DNA of 39,522 nt. Origin: an uncultured Enterobacteriaceae bacterium (GTDB lineage: Bacteria > Pseudomonadota > Gammaproteobacteria > Burkholderiales > SG8-39). The stretch is taken from the NCBI GenBank assembly GCA_964583645.1, contig CAZOWR010000002.1, forward strand, positions 1 to 39,522. Direction: 5' to 3'. Within the stretch, counting starts at the first letter, position 1. Each line of letters starts with the position of its first letter. The notes beneath the pieces are model-generated. The model had not been told where the DNA came from and made no database searches. It saw only the letters and a list, made by a program, of their open reading frames with translations. A program made the position numbers and the translations under genes. This document shows, piece after piece, positions 38,374 through 39,522 of this stretch.

Positions 38374-39522
38374 TCAGCCGCTCTCCTTCGCACAGTCGCG
38401 CGGCGTGATGTTCTTCTCCTTCGCATACTGCGCCGCGGAGGACTCGATCATCGGCCGCACGATGCTCTGGTCGGTCGCGATCCAGTCGGTGATCACCTTC
38501 CACTGCTTGCCGTCCCACTGCTGGAACTTCACCCCGCCGCCGCCCTCGTGGTCCAGGCACGAGACCTTGAGGGGCGACAGGAACCCGGTGGCGCCGATCT
38601 TCTTCAGGTAGGCCGCGTTCAGGTCGAGGTTCTCCAGTCCCCAGCGCACCTGCTCGCCGGTCATCGACTGGCCCTTGCCGAAGCGCTCCTGGGCCTTGCG
38701 CACCGCCTCCACCGTCACGAGGGCGAACACCACGCCGCGGTTGAAGTAGATCGTTCCGACGCGGGACTTGTCCTCCAGCTCGCCCTGACCCTTGGCGTAG
38801 ACGTGCTTCAGGATGTCCTGGACCACCGGATAGTTCGTGCCGGCAACGTTGAAGCCCGCTGCAATGTAGCCCTTTGCCGCGTCGCCAGCCGGGATCACGT
38901 CCTCCTCCGAGCCGGACCACCAGACCCCTACGATCTTGTTGCTCGGGAAACCTGCGCGCTGGGCGGCCTTGAGCGCGGTCGGGCTCATCACGCCCCAGCC
39001 GCGCAGGATCACCCAGTCGGGCCGAATCTGGCGGATCTGCAGCCACTGCGCCTGCTGCTCGTTGCCGGGATGCGGCACCTCGATGTGGGTGACCTGGAAA
39101 CCGTACTTCTTCGCCTGCACGTCGAGCACGGGGATGGTTTCCTTGCCGTAGGCAGAGCCGTGATACAGGTTCACGATCTTCTTGCCCCTGAGCTTGTCCA
39201 TTCCCCCTTCCTTCATCCCCATGAACTTGATCTTGGCGGTGTTCTGCGACCAGTAGTTGGTGATGATCGGAAACACGTACGGGAAGATCCGGCCATCGGA
39301 GGCGTCGGTGCGCCCGTACCCGACCGACACGATCGGGATCTTGTCCTGGGTGCCCTTCTCGATGAGCGAGTAGGTGATCCCCGTTGACAGCGGGTGGATG
39401 AGCGTAGCGCCTGTCGGCCCCTTCTTCTTGGAGCGCTCGTAGCACTCCACGCCGCGCGCGTTGTTGTACTCGGTCTCGCACTTCTCCCAGGTGAGCTTGA
39501 CGCCGTTGATGCCGCCGTCGCG
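38374..39522 (-). CDS. ABC transporter substrate-binding protein (LivK/type I periplasmic binding fold). Partial: the N-terminus lies beyond the right window edge.
   Basis: The frame stays open to 39522: my translation upstream of the track ORF reads RDGGINGVKLTWEKCETEYNNARGVECYER..., which is typical of the family. The C-terminus is ...AQYAKEKNITPRDCAKESG. Confidence 0.85.
   Translation of the reverse strand, partial: RDGGINGVKLTWEKCETEYNNARGVECYERSKKKGPTGATLIHPLSTGITYSLIEKGTQDKIPIVSVGYGRTDASDGRIFPYVFPIITNYWSQNTAKIKFMGMKEGGMDKLRGKKIVNLYHGSAYGKETIPVLDVQAKKYGFQVTHIEVPHPGNEQQAQWLQIRQIRPDWVILRGWGVMSPTALKAAQRAGFPSNKIVGVWWSGSEEDVIPAGDAAKGYIAAGFNVAGTNYPVVQDILKHVYAKGQGELEDKSRVGTIYFNRGVVFALVTVEAVRKAQERFGKGQSMTGEQVRWGLENLDLNAAYLKKIGATGFLSPLKVSCLDHEGGGGVKFQQWDGKQWKVITDWIATDQSIVRPMIESSAAQYAKEKNITPRDCAKESG

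Overview
High-GC (about 68-70% by eye) proteobacterial chromosomal segment. The gene order (zapA-6S RNA, argS-SPOR-dsbA-SDR, liuR-liu operon) suggests a betaproteobacterium, but that is inference. I call 39 protein-coding genes, one 6S RNA, one cobalamin riboswitch and a few regulatory or repeat elements. Left to right: (1) a minus-strand envelope block, with riboswitch-controlled btuB followed by waaQ-like, waaG-like, msbA, a beta-propeller-like ORF and a sulfotransferase; the last two are visibly lower in GC. (2) ZapB-like, zapA, ssrS (6S RNA), EVE-domain protein and hemE. (3) A 324-nt gene-free spacer carrying three DnaA boxes, then priA. (4) argS, SPOR protein, dsbA, SDR and a signal-less BtuF/TroA-like protein. 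(5) Minus-strand MBL hydrolase and phaC, divergent from liuR. (6) A 12-gene leucine/isovalerate catabolic operon (liuA-E plus NMO, thiolase, PaaI thioesterase, a second ACAD, an HCCA-isomerase-like protein, OsmC and DUF1289). (7) A minus-strand crotonase, CoA-binding protein, metY, enoyl-CoA hydratase operon. (8) A second HCCA-isomerase-like gene. (9) A PaaK-like CoA ligase, a LivF-like ATPase and a LivK-like binding protein (truncated at the right edge). Genes are tightly packed, and many are joined by 4-nt start/stop overlaps using GTG or TTG starts. Most long ORFs in the track are antisense or read-through artefacts of the high GC content. I found no transposase, integrase, CRISPR, restriction, toxin-antitoxin or recognisable defence genes, and no convincing novel multi-gene system; this looks like core genome. 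The observations most worth a second look are: the low-GC sulfotransferase pair at the end of the LPS-core operon; the DnaA-box trio next to hemE; a REP-like GGGTCAGACCACG element (one solo copy plus a 20-bp-stem hairpin inside the liu operon); the triple-ACGT LiuR-type operator; the metY operon flanked by crotonases; and a low-GC 5' segment of argS. All functional calls rest on motif and family recognition by eye, with no database search.
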